A stretch of DNA of 64,000 bases. Origin: Raillietiella orientalis. Taxonomy: Eukaryota. Both the position numbers and the translations under genes were made by a program. Shown piece by piece: positions 11,476 to 22,950 of this stretch; the stretch's first letter is position 1; every line of letters begins with the position of its first letter. The notes under the pieces are model-generated. The model was given only the letters and a program-made list of their open reading frames with translations, ran no database searches and had not been told where the DNA came from. The DNA lies in assembly GCA_036172245.1 (NCBI GenBank), contig JAYWIR010000001.1:9114001-9178000 (forward strand), written 5' to 3'.

Positions 11476-12799
11476 GCTGTATTCCAAAGGACTGGTGAGG
11501 AAGGGATGTGGGTCTCTTAGTCGTTTTGGCATCAACTGATATCTTTTTCCTCCCTGTGAGTGTTAAAGAACGGTAACAGGGTTATCAGATCTCTCGAGAG
11601 GTGGAGCCTTTTCATGCACATGGTTTCGGTTTCAGGGAAACCGCTATCTGCAGTAACCCAGCGTCCCTGATCACGCCGCTTGACGTAGGCACAAGACGCC
11701 TTTTGGACATTGTTCGTGGAATATCCGTCACATGTGGTTATCAAGAAGGGATCTGGCTCAAGCCCCAGCTTTCCCGAACCATAGGGCCCAACCTTCCCAT
11801 CTGGCTTTGGAGATGATGTGGGATCCACACGCCCCTTGTCCTGATGGATTCCTCTGCGAGGGTGCGCTTTCAAGCGCTCCAGATCCGGCAGAGTCTGGAA
11901 CAAATGGAACAGCGCATTTTCGAACGTCCTTCGGCGTTCTGGAGACGCGTTATTTTGACAGGTCTTCCGGGTATTTGCTTTTGTGTCATCCAGAGCACTT
12001 GAAAGCAGGTTCGCCGTGCTCAGGGCATTCTTTCACACGTTCGGAGAGCCGCCATCTGCTCAGAGTGGCATGCAAGATTTACCGAGCGAACTCATTCTAA
12101 AGTCCAACCAGGATCCGATTCCACCCATTCTGGAATTGGATCCATTTTCCTTCCAGTTCTTCCAGTGGGACATTCGCAGCTCGCCCATCAGCGGCAACCA
12201 TGGCGATAATCTGCGAATCTTTCCACGATTCTTCGATGACCGGCAGATGGAAGGAAGGGTTGACTGGACGGAAGGAATGACACGACGAATTTTGATGAAC
12301 TCTGCGGCGCAGCACCTCCATGTCTGTACAGGGAAGCCAAAAGCCGCACCAATGCAGTGAGACAGGACGCCTACCAACAGCGTATCCAGCTGTCCACCGG
12401 CTCGAAACTCTGGTTACTCGTAACAACCCGGAAGAAGGGTCCAACCGTCGCCGTCCTGGGTGTCCTCTGTCCTTTCCGCAGGTCGTTCGGAGAGGTGGCG
12501 GCGCTCAAAGCGCAGGACGAACACTGCGTGCGCGCCCTTCACTTTGGCGTCCAGAGCAGCGAAGCCGTGGCTCCCCGCGGTAGCAGCGAGTTGCCCCAGG
12601 AGCGCGGGATCCCGGAAGCGCTCACTGCCACCCGAAACGCGTGGTGCTGCGTTTTAGTGTGCGACACAGTCGGGGCGCGCGGGTTGAGGCGCCTCCATCC
12701 CCTCAGACCGCCGCGGCAACTGCAGCCTCCAACACAACTGCGTTTCCAAACAGGTAGGATGGGCTGCAGCTGAGTGTAGGGAAGGGGTCACAAACGTTT

Positions 12800-13050
12800 T
12801 CGGTGGTGTTCAATGCAGCATCCCGGTCAAAGGTTCCTTCCGTTTCACGTGCGTCCTATGCATCATCGTCTTATTCTGCAGATCGGTGTCTCCGCAGAGG
12901 TTGCAGAAGGATGAGTGGAGTTTGCCAAAGACACGTCCTCGGGTTAGCCATAGCAGCCAGTTGAGCGAGCGGTCTCTGGGAGGCGGCGCTACGGCGACGA
13001 AGCATTCAATGAGGACTCCTGTCGGCATTCCAAGCTGCATGGAAACGGGC
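12800..13050 (-). mobile_element. LINE ORF2 zinc-knuckle fragment
   Basis: LNWLLW...SFCNLCGDTD...MMH resembles the zf-RVT region. Confidence 0.3.
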
Positions 13051-13189
13051 AGCGAAGATTTCCAAAATCATCCGACCACCGCGTGCTTCGCAGAACAAGA
13101 ATCGAGTTTCACACCTCGCCGTAGACAACGCTCACTGAACGGCGTGCCAGATTCTCCCACGACCCGCCTGCTAAAGGAAGTAATCCACC

Positions 13190-13480
13190 GTTAGCGGCTC
13201 GCTGACACCCGCGACTCGAAATTCCTGTCCTCGCGGAGAGGACCTCGGCTCAAAGGTGAAGGCCTCCCGTACTGGGGAACGCGCCATCCGTCTCGCCCGT
13301 TCCGGAGGCGGTGCGGGACTTCCTCCCGCACTGCCCCCGGAACGCGGCGATCGACATATTCTGTGTCCTGCCTTGTCCCTCGCGCATGGGAGCCTAGGGA
13401 CGCTCTCGACCCGGCGGTCCTTCCGCAGCGTTCCGGCATCTTCGCAGGCCGCCGCCGGGTGCTTCCGACACCGCGCCTTC
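13190..13480 (+). mobile_element. RT fragment paralogous to 14400-14690
   Basis: Clear nucleotide similarity (e.g. gaaattcctgtcc...tgaaggc.tcccgtac.gg.gaacgcg; ggtccttccgcagcgttccggcat). Confidence 0.7.
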
Positions 13481-13814
13481 TTCGCCGCGGACCGAGGGGT
13501 TGCACAATCCGCGCGCGTCGCTCCCGCTCTCGCATCCGAGAACGCTGGCTCCCGTATCAATGATGTGTGGGCACGTATGTTTGTCTCCGATGATCTCCCA
13601 CGTGTGGGCATCAACAGTAATGTAATCAACGACTCATTCATCTCAAGGTAAAAATGCACGTCAGTAGTAGATTCATAACTGTGCACGTAAACACAGGTAT
13701 GCATGGGAATCTGTATGCAATGAGCATACACATGTTCGTCTCCCACGATCTTTTGGGATTCAGACCGGCGCCGCAAGTAGCGCTGGTGTTCCGCGTTCCG
13801 GAGCGCGAGAAGAA

Positions 13815-14045
13815 AGAATGGAGCGGACCCTCCCAGTGGTCCTCTGGAGAGAATAAGGAAGGAGATTCCCTTTTGGATTCTCCTTCGGAGACAACCAGGG
13901 TGGTGGTGATCTCCATTTCCGGGGATCCCTCCCCAGGCGTGAGAGGAATGGACTCCGAGTCCTTCCTGGATTCATAGGGCAGACCCTTTCTGGGGTACCC
14001 CCTATCTTGAAGAATTTACCCACCCTCGGAACCGTGTCGAAGAAC
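13815..14045 (+). mobile_element. Internal fragment of the SINE-like family (copy F)
   Basis: Matches the reverse complement of about 61040-61200 (ccttcggagacaaccagggt; ttcctggattcatagg). Confidence 0.6.
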
Positions 14046-14169
14046 TGCGAAGACAGAAAAGAAAGGATTTCCATCATCCTATTTCCATCTCCAGGAGGGT
14101 CAGCTCTGTGCTTCGCGACAGAGCTGACCCTCCTGGAGTTAACTTTGCCGATCCGAGATGCAGGCGATG

Positions 14170-17100
14170 TTTCCGTCTCGTTCCGATCAGCAAGGGTGAG
14201 TCTCCTCCCAAAGGGAGGAGATTTGAGATTTTAATCAGCAACTGGTGTTCGATCACCGTGTTGAACGCAGACGCCAAGTTGCTCGCGAAAAACTATGGAT
14301 TGAGAGATTGGGATAGGTGAAGGATTCCGTACCTAGCCGGGAGCTCCTGGAATGCTGGGCTTCCCGGGCGCATTCACAACCAACCTGCGCTCCTGCTAAC
14401 TCGGCTCCCTGGCACCTGAGACTTGAAATTCCTGTCCGCACGGAGAGGGCCACCGACCCAGAGATGAAGGCTTCCCGTACGGGAGAACGCGACATCCGGG
14501 CGCGCGATTTGTCCCATCCGTTCCGAATGCAGTGCGGGGCTTCCTCTTGCACCCCGGGTGGACAGAAGTGACCCAAGAGGCGATCGACATCTTCTGTGTC
14601 CTGCCTCCCCTCGCGTGTGGGAGTCCAAGGACGCCCTCCGTGCAGCGGTCCTTCCGCAGCGTTCCGGCATACCCGCAGGCTGATAAACATTTCTTTCAGC
14701 AGTCGAAACGTGCATGGCGTTTTGACTGTTCGGCGCAGCATAAGTCAGGGAGACAGCCTGAGCCCCCTGCTCTTTAGCATCTATTTTGAGTTGGTGCTAA
14801 GAGCATACAGGGAGGCTTTGGCACCCCTGCCGAGCTCATGCCCCCGCACGCCGGCCGTGTGCCAAGAATCAGCTGCTGCTGCTGCTCCCCTTGATCACCC
14901 CTACGTCAGCATTCAAGGGCTTCTTCGAGTTGTTAAGCTGCGTGACGGGCTTGGTAGTAAACAGAACAAAATCATCGGTGGTGGCGGTTGGCGCGATGTG
15001 GGCTGGATTGAAATTCCCACGGACAGGTACTTCAAGTACCTCGGTGTACCGATGGGGGACTTCTGCATAGCAGAGGCCTGGTCCGGACGTCACCAAAGAG
15101 TAGAGATGGCGCTTGACCCGTATGCCTCGAGGGCAAGTTTTACATGCCGCAACGGGCCGCGCTATGGAACGCATTCGCCGCTTCTCTCCCCCGCCCCCTA
15201 CTTATTGTTTGTCTGTTCCCCGAGAGGCAAAAAAGCAAACGAAGGACCTCCTGCGGATAACTTTTGGGGGCAATAGGAGAACCTAAGTCTAGCTGAAGGA
15301 CTTGTGTCCCCCGTGTCAAGACGGTGGCCTCCTGATGTTGGAGAGGATGGGATTTAGCTGCTTCTCACCCGGGCCTGCCGAGGAGTTTATTACTAAACTA
15401 TGCAGGAACAAAGTTCCCGGACAAAAAGTACAGAAAAACGAAGAGAGGGCTCCCTGACACGCAGATCGGTAAAAACCGAAAGTCCGGAACGGGAGGGAGG
15501 GGATCACGAATAAATATATAAAAAAAGATATGGGGGGACAGAGGTCTTTGGTATCTGCCGTTCCATCCTTTTAGAACCGGCGTTGGATGCCGGAGATCTT
15601 CCTAACGTCTTCTGGAAGACGAGGCCACCTGACAGCCGACGTCATGTTGTCGTCGACTATTCCGGTGGCCTGTCGCCGAATCTCCTGCTTCTTCAGCTCT
15701 CGGTGGGCCTTGTCGATGGCGCGGATGCAACAGATCTTTGCAACAACCGCACCGAACGACAGGCCGCCTGGCGTGAAGAACGACGCATCAAAATTCTTGC
15801 GATGCCCCCCTGGTGCAGGAGAGCTGAAGCCAGCCTCCGCCATAGTCCTTGGAGAGCACCGCAGTCGAAAAGCAGGTGCGGGAGCGTTTCTGCTGCTCCT
15901 CACCTTTTACAGTTCGGGGTGGCAACTCCCCAGGAAACAATGTTCGCGCACTGATTGCAATGGAAGCCCCAATGTGCCAGCAAGATCACGTCCTGCTTCC
16001 ATGGAAGGGGGAACACAGAAGTGTCCACGCACGAGGAAGGGACCACTAGTTCTTCGGGGGGCACACTCAAGAGTTCGCTCCACCATTCAGCTGCCATGGC
16101 GTGCGATAGCCATCGCAGTGAAGTATTGGAGCACCCTTTGGTGGGTTTCGGAACGCCTCCTCGCCAGCCGTGCATCCAGAATGGAAGGACTTTTGTGCTC
16201 CGGCCGAAAGGTGAGAAGATGCGGTCTCCACATCGGACACATGGCCACCTTGGCGAAGGAGAACAGCTGGATGGCCTTTGCCCCACCAACTCTAGCGCCT
16301 GGCTAGAGGAAACTGTTGGCACATAGGCGAAAAAAAAAGATAAATGAGCCCGGGTCAAAGGTATGGGACTGCCTGCGCCTTGGCATTCGCTCCTGCTACT
16401 CGCTGCGGAAGATCCTGGAGAGTTCTAGCATGAGCTCCTGGGCGGAGCGGATCCTCCTCACTGCAACGATGCTCTTTCTGAGAAAGGCACTTCTCAGCAG
16501 CCAACTGTCGAGGTGGGAGGTCTCCTGCGAGATCGCAGACATGAGGAAAGGACCATGGGACATCTGGCGGATGCCGCGACCCCAAGTGTCCTTCCACGAG
16601 GACTACGGAGCTGGGGCGGGCTGCTCGGTACTTCCAGCGAAGACCTAGAGTGGTCTCGGTACTCAAGAACAGCAGCGCCCTCCCCCTAAAGTGGCAGGGG
16701 TAGGCAATTCCGCTGTTGCAGCGGGGTCTTCCTTGCAACGCATGCTGACATCACTGGGGAGTGCGAACCTGGACTGTCACAGGTGCGGGGAACGGGAATC
16801 CCTCCCGCACCTGCTTGTGGATTGTGTTGCCCTCCGGTCCCTGTGGGAACCTTTTGGGACGACCCTATGGACTCCAATTGGCAATCCCAGGGACCTTGTA
16901 AAGCTCCTCTTCACACGGGATGCTCTACTGCTAACTGCAGCCTTAACAGCTCTTTGCTGCCTCCACGGAGTTGCGGCGTCCTGGAGAGACGCTGAAACAG
17001 CGGCGAACGAGAGGGACTCCATCAAGTATGCACTATGCTTACTGCGAATAGCAGCCAGGTGGCTCCACCTGGATACAATGAGGACCGACCTAGCCCAGCA

Positions 17101-17200
17101 TGCTGAAAAGGATGCTGAGGACTCCTTCCAGCGGACTGTGATCCCCTTCCCGCCCTCCATAGTATTTTTATTTATTTTCTCTTTTACTTTTCTTTTTGTT
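14170..17200 (+). mobile_element. Degenerate L1/Tx1-clade LINE ORF2 (RT + CCHC), interrupted by a nested insertion
   Basis: VSLLPKGGDL..NWCSITVLNADAKLLAK, VRRSISQGDSLSPLLFSIY, FKYLGVPM, DLCPPCQDGGL and CHRCGERESLPHLLVDC, then a T-rich tail; stops and frameshifts throughout. Confidence 0.85.
15500..16330 (-). mobile_element. Nested antisense LINE 3' fragment
   Basis: Minus strand PNCKR*GAAETLPHLLFDCGALQGLW at about 15920-15840 (second Cys changed to TGA); T-rich tail at about 15510-15530. Confidence 0.7.
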
Positions 17201-17399
17201 TCCCCTTCTGCTCCGCTGCTGAGGTGAATTTCGCTGGTCCGCGGTCCGTGAACCCTGCTGGTCGATGAACAAATTGAACGTGGTAGGACCACAAGTGTTC
17301 TACTACAATTTGCGACCTTGTTTTGAATTTTAAGAGTCGCTCTGGTGTGTCCGGGTGGGAATTGGAGACGAGCAGGGCGAGGAAGCACTTCGGGATTCC

Positions 17400-17650
17400 C
17401 TTCCAAGCGGGAGAGGAGCGAACTCCCTCCTCTAGAGCCCTTCCTGGGTTTATAGGGTGATCCCCTTTCCGAGTTGCTCCTTAACTTGAGTTAACACGCA
17501 CCCTTGGATGGCGTGGACGGTGTTGAAGAGCTTCTTGAGCCCCTAGGCGAACGGTTCTTCAGCAATGTCCACGCCAGCTCTTGACGAACCCCTTAAAAAA
17601 AACATGGGAGGAAAACAGCAAAGCAAAAAAAAATCCTAAAGGGTTTCCAG
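17400..17650 (+). mobile_element. SINE-like family 3' part (copy D)
   Basis: Shares cttcctgg.tt.atagggtg and ggcgaacggttcttcagca with the other copies. Confidence 0.65.
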
Positions 17651-17879
17651 CATCCTAGGCAACAGTAACGATCGCCCATGAGGTCGCTACTGACCTTTTT
17701 TCTAAGAAAAAAGAAGAGGTCCGTATCTGGCGCAGAACAGGAGCCACAGGAACACCCTTGAGAAATTCGCTTCGCATAAGATACGTCCGTTGAAAGCGGG
17801 AAAGGAAGCACGCAAGGGGCGAAAAGAAAGTCGGAATCCCTCCGGAAATGTCGTCACTGAAGCAACAACAGTATCGCTT

Positions 17880-19640
17880 GCGAAGGAAAGACCCTGGAGA
17901 TCGGGATGACTTACACGGAGAAGTAGGGTGTGAGGCTAGTGTGGCTGCCTACCTGCGTGAGGCGCTGGTGCTTTCCGAAGGAAGCCAAGCAAGCGGTCGC
18001 CGGGAACCAGAGCTGCAGATACAGTAGTTTTCGACTCCGAAATGGAGAGAAGAAGCGCAAAGCAATCGTGAACACCTGCCAGCAGGCTGCTCTCGAAAGC
18101 CTCTAAGAGAGACGCGACCGCAGTAGGGCAGCATCGAGCAAGGTGAGTTTTCCTGACGCATCGCTGGAGGGAGCCTGTGCGGTCCATCTTTCAGACTCTT
18201 CAATGGGAGAGGAAGCTGAGAGCACAGACAAGGTGAATACCTACGGAGGGTCCAGGGACTCCAGCGCCGTGCCGGTCCCTCTTGTCCAAGAGACGTGGCC
18301 CGAGATCTGGAGAGGCAGACAAGCAAAGAGATTCTCAGGATCAATGGCAGGACTCCTCACGAATGATGCATCCAGCCTATGGAACGAACTGGGCTTTCTT
18401 GAGGACCTCCTGAGGAAAGTTCTGTGGGGCACAGAGAGGTCCAGAGTCATACTCAAAGCCCTGCGTACCCCGCGTAGGGATCGTGGGCTGGACCTAGGGT
18501 GGAGCGTCGCTTCCAATTTCGAAGATTCACCTTTGTGGCGAAGCTGTGGACGACGCCTCGGTGCGCCCCGGCGCACCCCCTCGCCAAGCGAGGAAGCGGC
18601 TGCGGACGGTTCACATCGGTCCCCATCGCCAACGAATTAAGTTTGAGGCTTTGTGTCCATCGACTTCGGCAAATGGTTGCCAGGGTGGAGGAGAACACCT
18701 GGATCTCCCGCTTCCCTGCGAACTGCACTGCCTGGCCGCAGGAGTCAGTTTCTGCATGGGGGTTGATCAACGACTCGATCTATTTCGCCTGTCTGCAGCG
18801 TGGCAGAAATGCTAGTCAGTTGCTGCGGGAGATCGTGACTAATCCGCGCTAAACGCTTTGGGCTTTGTTCACTCCTCTTGCCCCAGTAGTGCTCTCCCTA
18901 AGGAAAGCAAGGAGAGCGACCTTCCGGCAAGGTGGGAAGTGATGTGCCGCATTGTAACAAGGAAGAAACTTCTGATTGCGGGACAACTCGAGTGGGACCC
19001 AAAGGTCTTCTTCGTTGGAGAGAGCTGCTTGCGATCCCTCCGGAGGACGTGAATTAGTCCCCAGAGTTCTGGAGCAGTGGCCCTCTCCCCCTTAAGTGGC
19101 AGGAGTTGGAGCTGTTGATGTTGCATTTGGGAATCCCATGAGGGGCGTGCCTTCATCAACGGACACAGGGAGAGGGAGAGGAGTGGGACAATGAGGGTAG
19201 AGGGAGATTCTCCTGAATCTGCTTTCAGACTGTGCTGCCCTCTGACTCCTTTGGGATCACCTAGAGACGAGCCTTGGAATCCCGGTGGGCGGTCCCAGGG
19301 ACATTTCCAGACGCCTCTTCGTGAGTGCTGCACTGCCTCCAGCTGGGTTCCTCGCAGTTCTCTGGTGTCTTTCCGAGATCGTGGCATCCTGGAATGCGAG
19401 AAGAGGCCGAAATGGCAAGGACGCCGTCCACTGGACGCACAGGGAGAGGGGACGCCTCGAGACAGCCCCATCTGAGCGTTATACGGAACAGAACTCACCA
19501 ACATCCCGAACAGTCTGCAGAGGACGCCTGGCAGCATAACGTGATCCCTTTCTTGGTTCCCCCGGCCCTCCTTCCTGGGCAAAACTTGCTCATCTTTTTT
19601 ATATTGGTTTCCTTTTGCTTCTGGTCCTTCCTCCCTTCTT
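17880..19640 (+). mobile_element. Degenerate LINE ORF2 3' half
   Basis: LLRKVLWGTERSRVILKALRTPRRDRGLDL (post-RT 'FlW...P..GGL' motif); LAVLWCLSEIVASWNA is homologous to LTALCCLHGVAASWRDA at about 16950. Confidence 0.6.
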
Positions 19641-19799
19641 CCCCTTCGCTACCGAAGTGGACCTCGCCGGTCTGCGTACCGGTGAATCGGCAGGCTCAAT
19701 CTGCTTTCTTTTCAGCATGTGGTGCAACCACGCGCTCCACCACAAAAATGTATTATTATGATAATAAATGTATCATTTTGATAATAAATGCCCCCAGAA

Positions 19800-21920
19800 A
19801 AATGGTTGCCGGGAGCAGATCTACGCCTCCCCGGGTCGAATCATGGGCGCCAACTTGTTTGATACCTACACCCTGCTCGAGGAACAGGATACGGCCGCCG
19901 TCTCCAGAAACAGCGCCAGATGTGCGGGAGTGTGGCACGGGATGAATCCCGATCAGGGAGCACTGACTGCCGCGGACGACCTTCAGAGGACCTTTGGCTG
20001 CGTCCGCCAGGAGCTCCTTTTCGAGCTGCTTGGCTTTCCAGCCAGCTGCCTCGGCTACCTGCGCTCGCCGCGGCGCAAAGCAGAAACTTCCATCTCCCTC
20101 AAAGACCTTCCAATCGCAGGCACCGAGGTCAAGCGAGGAATCAAACAGGGAGGCAGTCTGACCCCAACGTTCTCGAGCCCGTTCTCTGAGCTGGAGCTGA
20201 ACGAGCACCGGCACACACTCCAGTCAGCCTCCAGCCGAGCTCGGACGACACGCCAGGAGTGGGAAAGGACGAAGTCGACGACCTGCTTCCTCCGCTACCT
20301 GCAGGCACCCATTCACTCTAGACAGTTCGTCGAGACCCCACGCAAAGTTGCAGCGCTTAGGTCAACAGGCAGAGGGCCGAAAGCCGTCTCCGGATGCGGA
20401 TCAATCCTCCTTGGAAATCCCCAAAGGCGTTACATGGGTTATCCGTGGGTTCGTCTTCTCCGAAGGAGAAATGACCCATGGGGACAACAGCTAGGGACAG
20501 GGGGCAGCCACAGCGTGCCCTGATTCCCTGGCGCGATCACGAGCTTCTGCATCCCTAGGGAAAAGTGGAGTGGGGCATTCTCGCGTCCCACTTCCGGTCC
20601 TTCTTTCTTGTTTCCTCTGGGAACGGTTAGGCGTACCAGGGTGTCGCCAGCCGGTCCAACGTGGCAAGCCCTCCTGTGGGGCTCTTTCAGACCCAAAGTA
20701 TGTCTGAAAAACTGGGTCTCTCTTCTTAGGCACTGAGATGGTTCTCCTCCCTCACGAGTGCGGCTGCAAGCGTCATCATTCTGGAGATCGCCCTTCGTGG
20801 AGAAACTGCGGAACGCTCGCTTTCATGCATCCCTACGGTGGATGCAGCAAACTGCGAAGGACTCGCGTCCGGCATCCCACGCAGCTTCTGGCGAGGGCAA
20901 GGTCTGTGTTGCCCGCTCCACACAATTATGCCACTGCTGGAGGATCACGACTGGCCATCCTGCCATCCACTCAAGAGGATCGCGTGGCTCTGGGAATGAC
21001 AGGAAACTTGGAGGCACATGGAAAATCTAGTCACTCCCTTTTCCCAACAGTTTTTCCCAGCATCGAACGTCCGGAGAACGGTCCATTTGAAGGGACGAAA
21101 TCGACGGTGCTCGACTGCTTCTCAGAGCCATTCAGGACACTGTGCGTCAATGGGAGGAGGAAGGGAGAAATGGCCTCCGGCTGTCCGAGGTCACGAAACC
21201 CATCGTTCAATGGCAAGAGTTCTCACGCGGAAGCATCCCGCAAAGATGGGTGCGGTCCCTCGGCGTTTCCCTCGAGAACTTAAAGATTCCAGCCTTCCTG
21301 GTGCTCATCCTTCCTCTCTCTCAACAGACTGCTATCTGATTGATGCCCGAAACGAGGAAGGTCGCTACGACTCAGTGGACAGAGTGTCCAAGGAGTGCAC
21401 GCGCTCTGCGATCGTAGCAACCCTGCCTCACATGCTGCAAGACTGGGGTAGGTGGAGGCGCATCGTCGCTGCGCTCCTGTCCCCCGTTGCTGTGCCGCTG
21501 GACCCACCCGAGGAAATGCTCACCTGTCCTGGCCGCCAACTTGCTGGTTGATGCGACCCCACGGAAGAGTGGCCTCCAGAACGATCGCAGTGTGGATGCT
21601 TGCAATGGTCATCGCCTACAAGCGATGGGTGACGAAATGGTCCAGACCGGGGGGCGTAATGTGTCGGGGAACCTTCGAACCAGGCTAGCCCGAGATCGGG
21701 AGCCCCCTTCCCCTGTTACCCAATCTGTTCCTTTCTCCACGCAGGCTCTCCGATATTACCTTGATCGTCCTGAGGTCGGTGCATCACATTCCCTATTTAT
21801 TCCTTCATTTATTGGCATTTCCTTTCTCCCCTCCACTCGTTTGCCTAATCCTATCCCCAGCAAGGTTTTATCCCTTTTGTTTGATCCCCCTCTAGCGGTG
21901 AAAATTCCGTTTATTTTATT
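19800..21920 (+). mobile_element. Degenerate L1/Tx1-like LINE (RT to C-terminus)
   Basis: PGRIMGANL, DLQRTFGCVRQELLFELLGFP, VKRGIKQGGSLTP, RYMGYP, and a decayed knuckle DSVDRVSKEC. Confidence 0.75.
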
Positions 21921-22089
21921 TATTTCAAGTAAGAGGCCTGGCTGTCGGGAATCAGCATCACTCCGAGATGTTTATCCAGATATAAATAAACAAACAGGAT
22001 ACAAAGCAGATTTCGCTGTCTTGCAGGGAGGCATAACGCAAAAAGAAAAGGAAAAAAAAGAAGAACCGTAGGCAAGAGAACTTGAGGTA

Positions 22090-22950
22090 CATTAAGAAAT
22101 AACAAAAAACAAATGAATAAATAAAAGTGGTGTCACCGGTTGCGGCCCAACTGCATAGCGATTCAGCGAAGGAAGACGAGGCGAGGTCCAGAAGTCAGCT
22201 GCTCCGCGCCCTTCTCACAGGCTGCTGCCACGCAGGCAGCATCCTCTTCGGTGTCTGGTCCAAGGTGAGGCCGCCTTGTCACCACTCTCATGACGCAGGA
22301 AAGTTGGTGGACGGCCGTCTTCCGATACTGCTATGCGCCACGACTGGTGTTCCAGAGGATCCAGCATCACCAGCTTCCCGGCTGTCGAGGATCCTCGAGG
22401 TGTATGGAACGGAAGATGCCGAGGAGAGTTCTCTGAGTGCAAGAGGACTGCAGCTGACCTGGGTGCAGCAACAGGTGCGCCCTCTTTGCAACCGGCACAA
22501 TTCGAGGACGCCTCCCTTTCTCATCCAGCAGGATGATGGAGACCACTAATCCATCCAAGAGGACAACGAGAGCGTCTGCCCATATGAGAGGTTATTGCGT
22601 GTGGACACTTGGTGTCCCTGGGAAAGGACTGGTCTGCAATGGACACTCAAGAGTTGGGGTGGTGAGGTAAGGGATCTGTTTGAAGCCCTCGTCTTGCCAC
22701 CGAACGCCCTCAACGCCGTTCGAACTTCGGCTTGGCCCACCGAAGCACCCAAACGCAGGACCTCATGTGCGCTGTTTCCTCTGTTGAGCCGCGCCTGCCT
22801 GCTTGGGTTTCAGCGTCCCGTGGATCTGCAGACTGGTAATTTTTTTCCTGGGAACTTGACCGTGGAGGCCATCTGGAGGGGGGACTCTAGTTTGCGTGCA
22901 GTGGGCGTGGCAGCTGTGTTGAATAATGAACGACAACGCCCTCTTGCTGG
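22090..22950 (-). mobile_element. LINE 3' fragment
   Basis: NCAGCKE plus frameshifted AHLLLH at about 22500-22460; T-rich tail on the minus strand at about 22095-22126. Confidence 0.35.
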
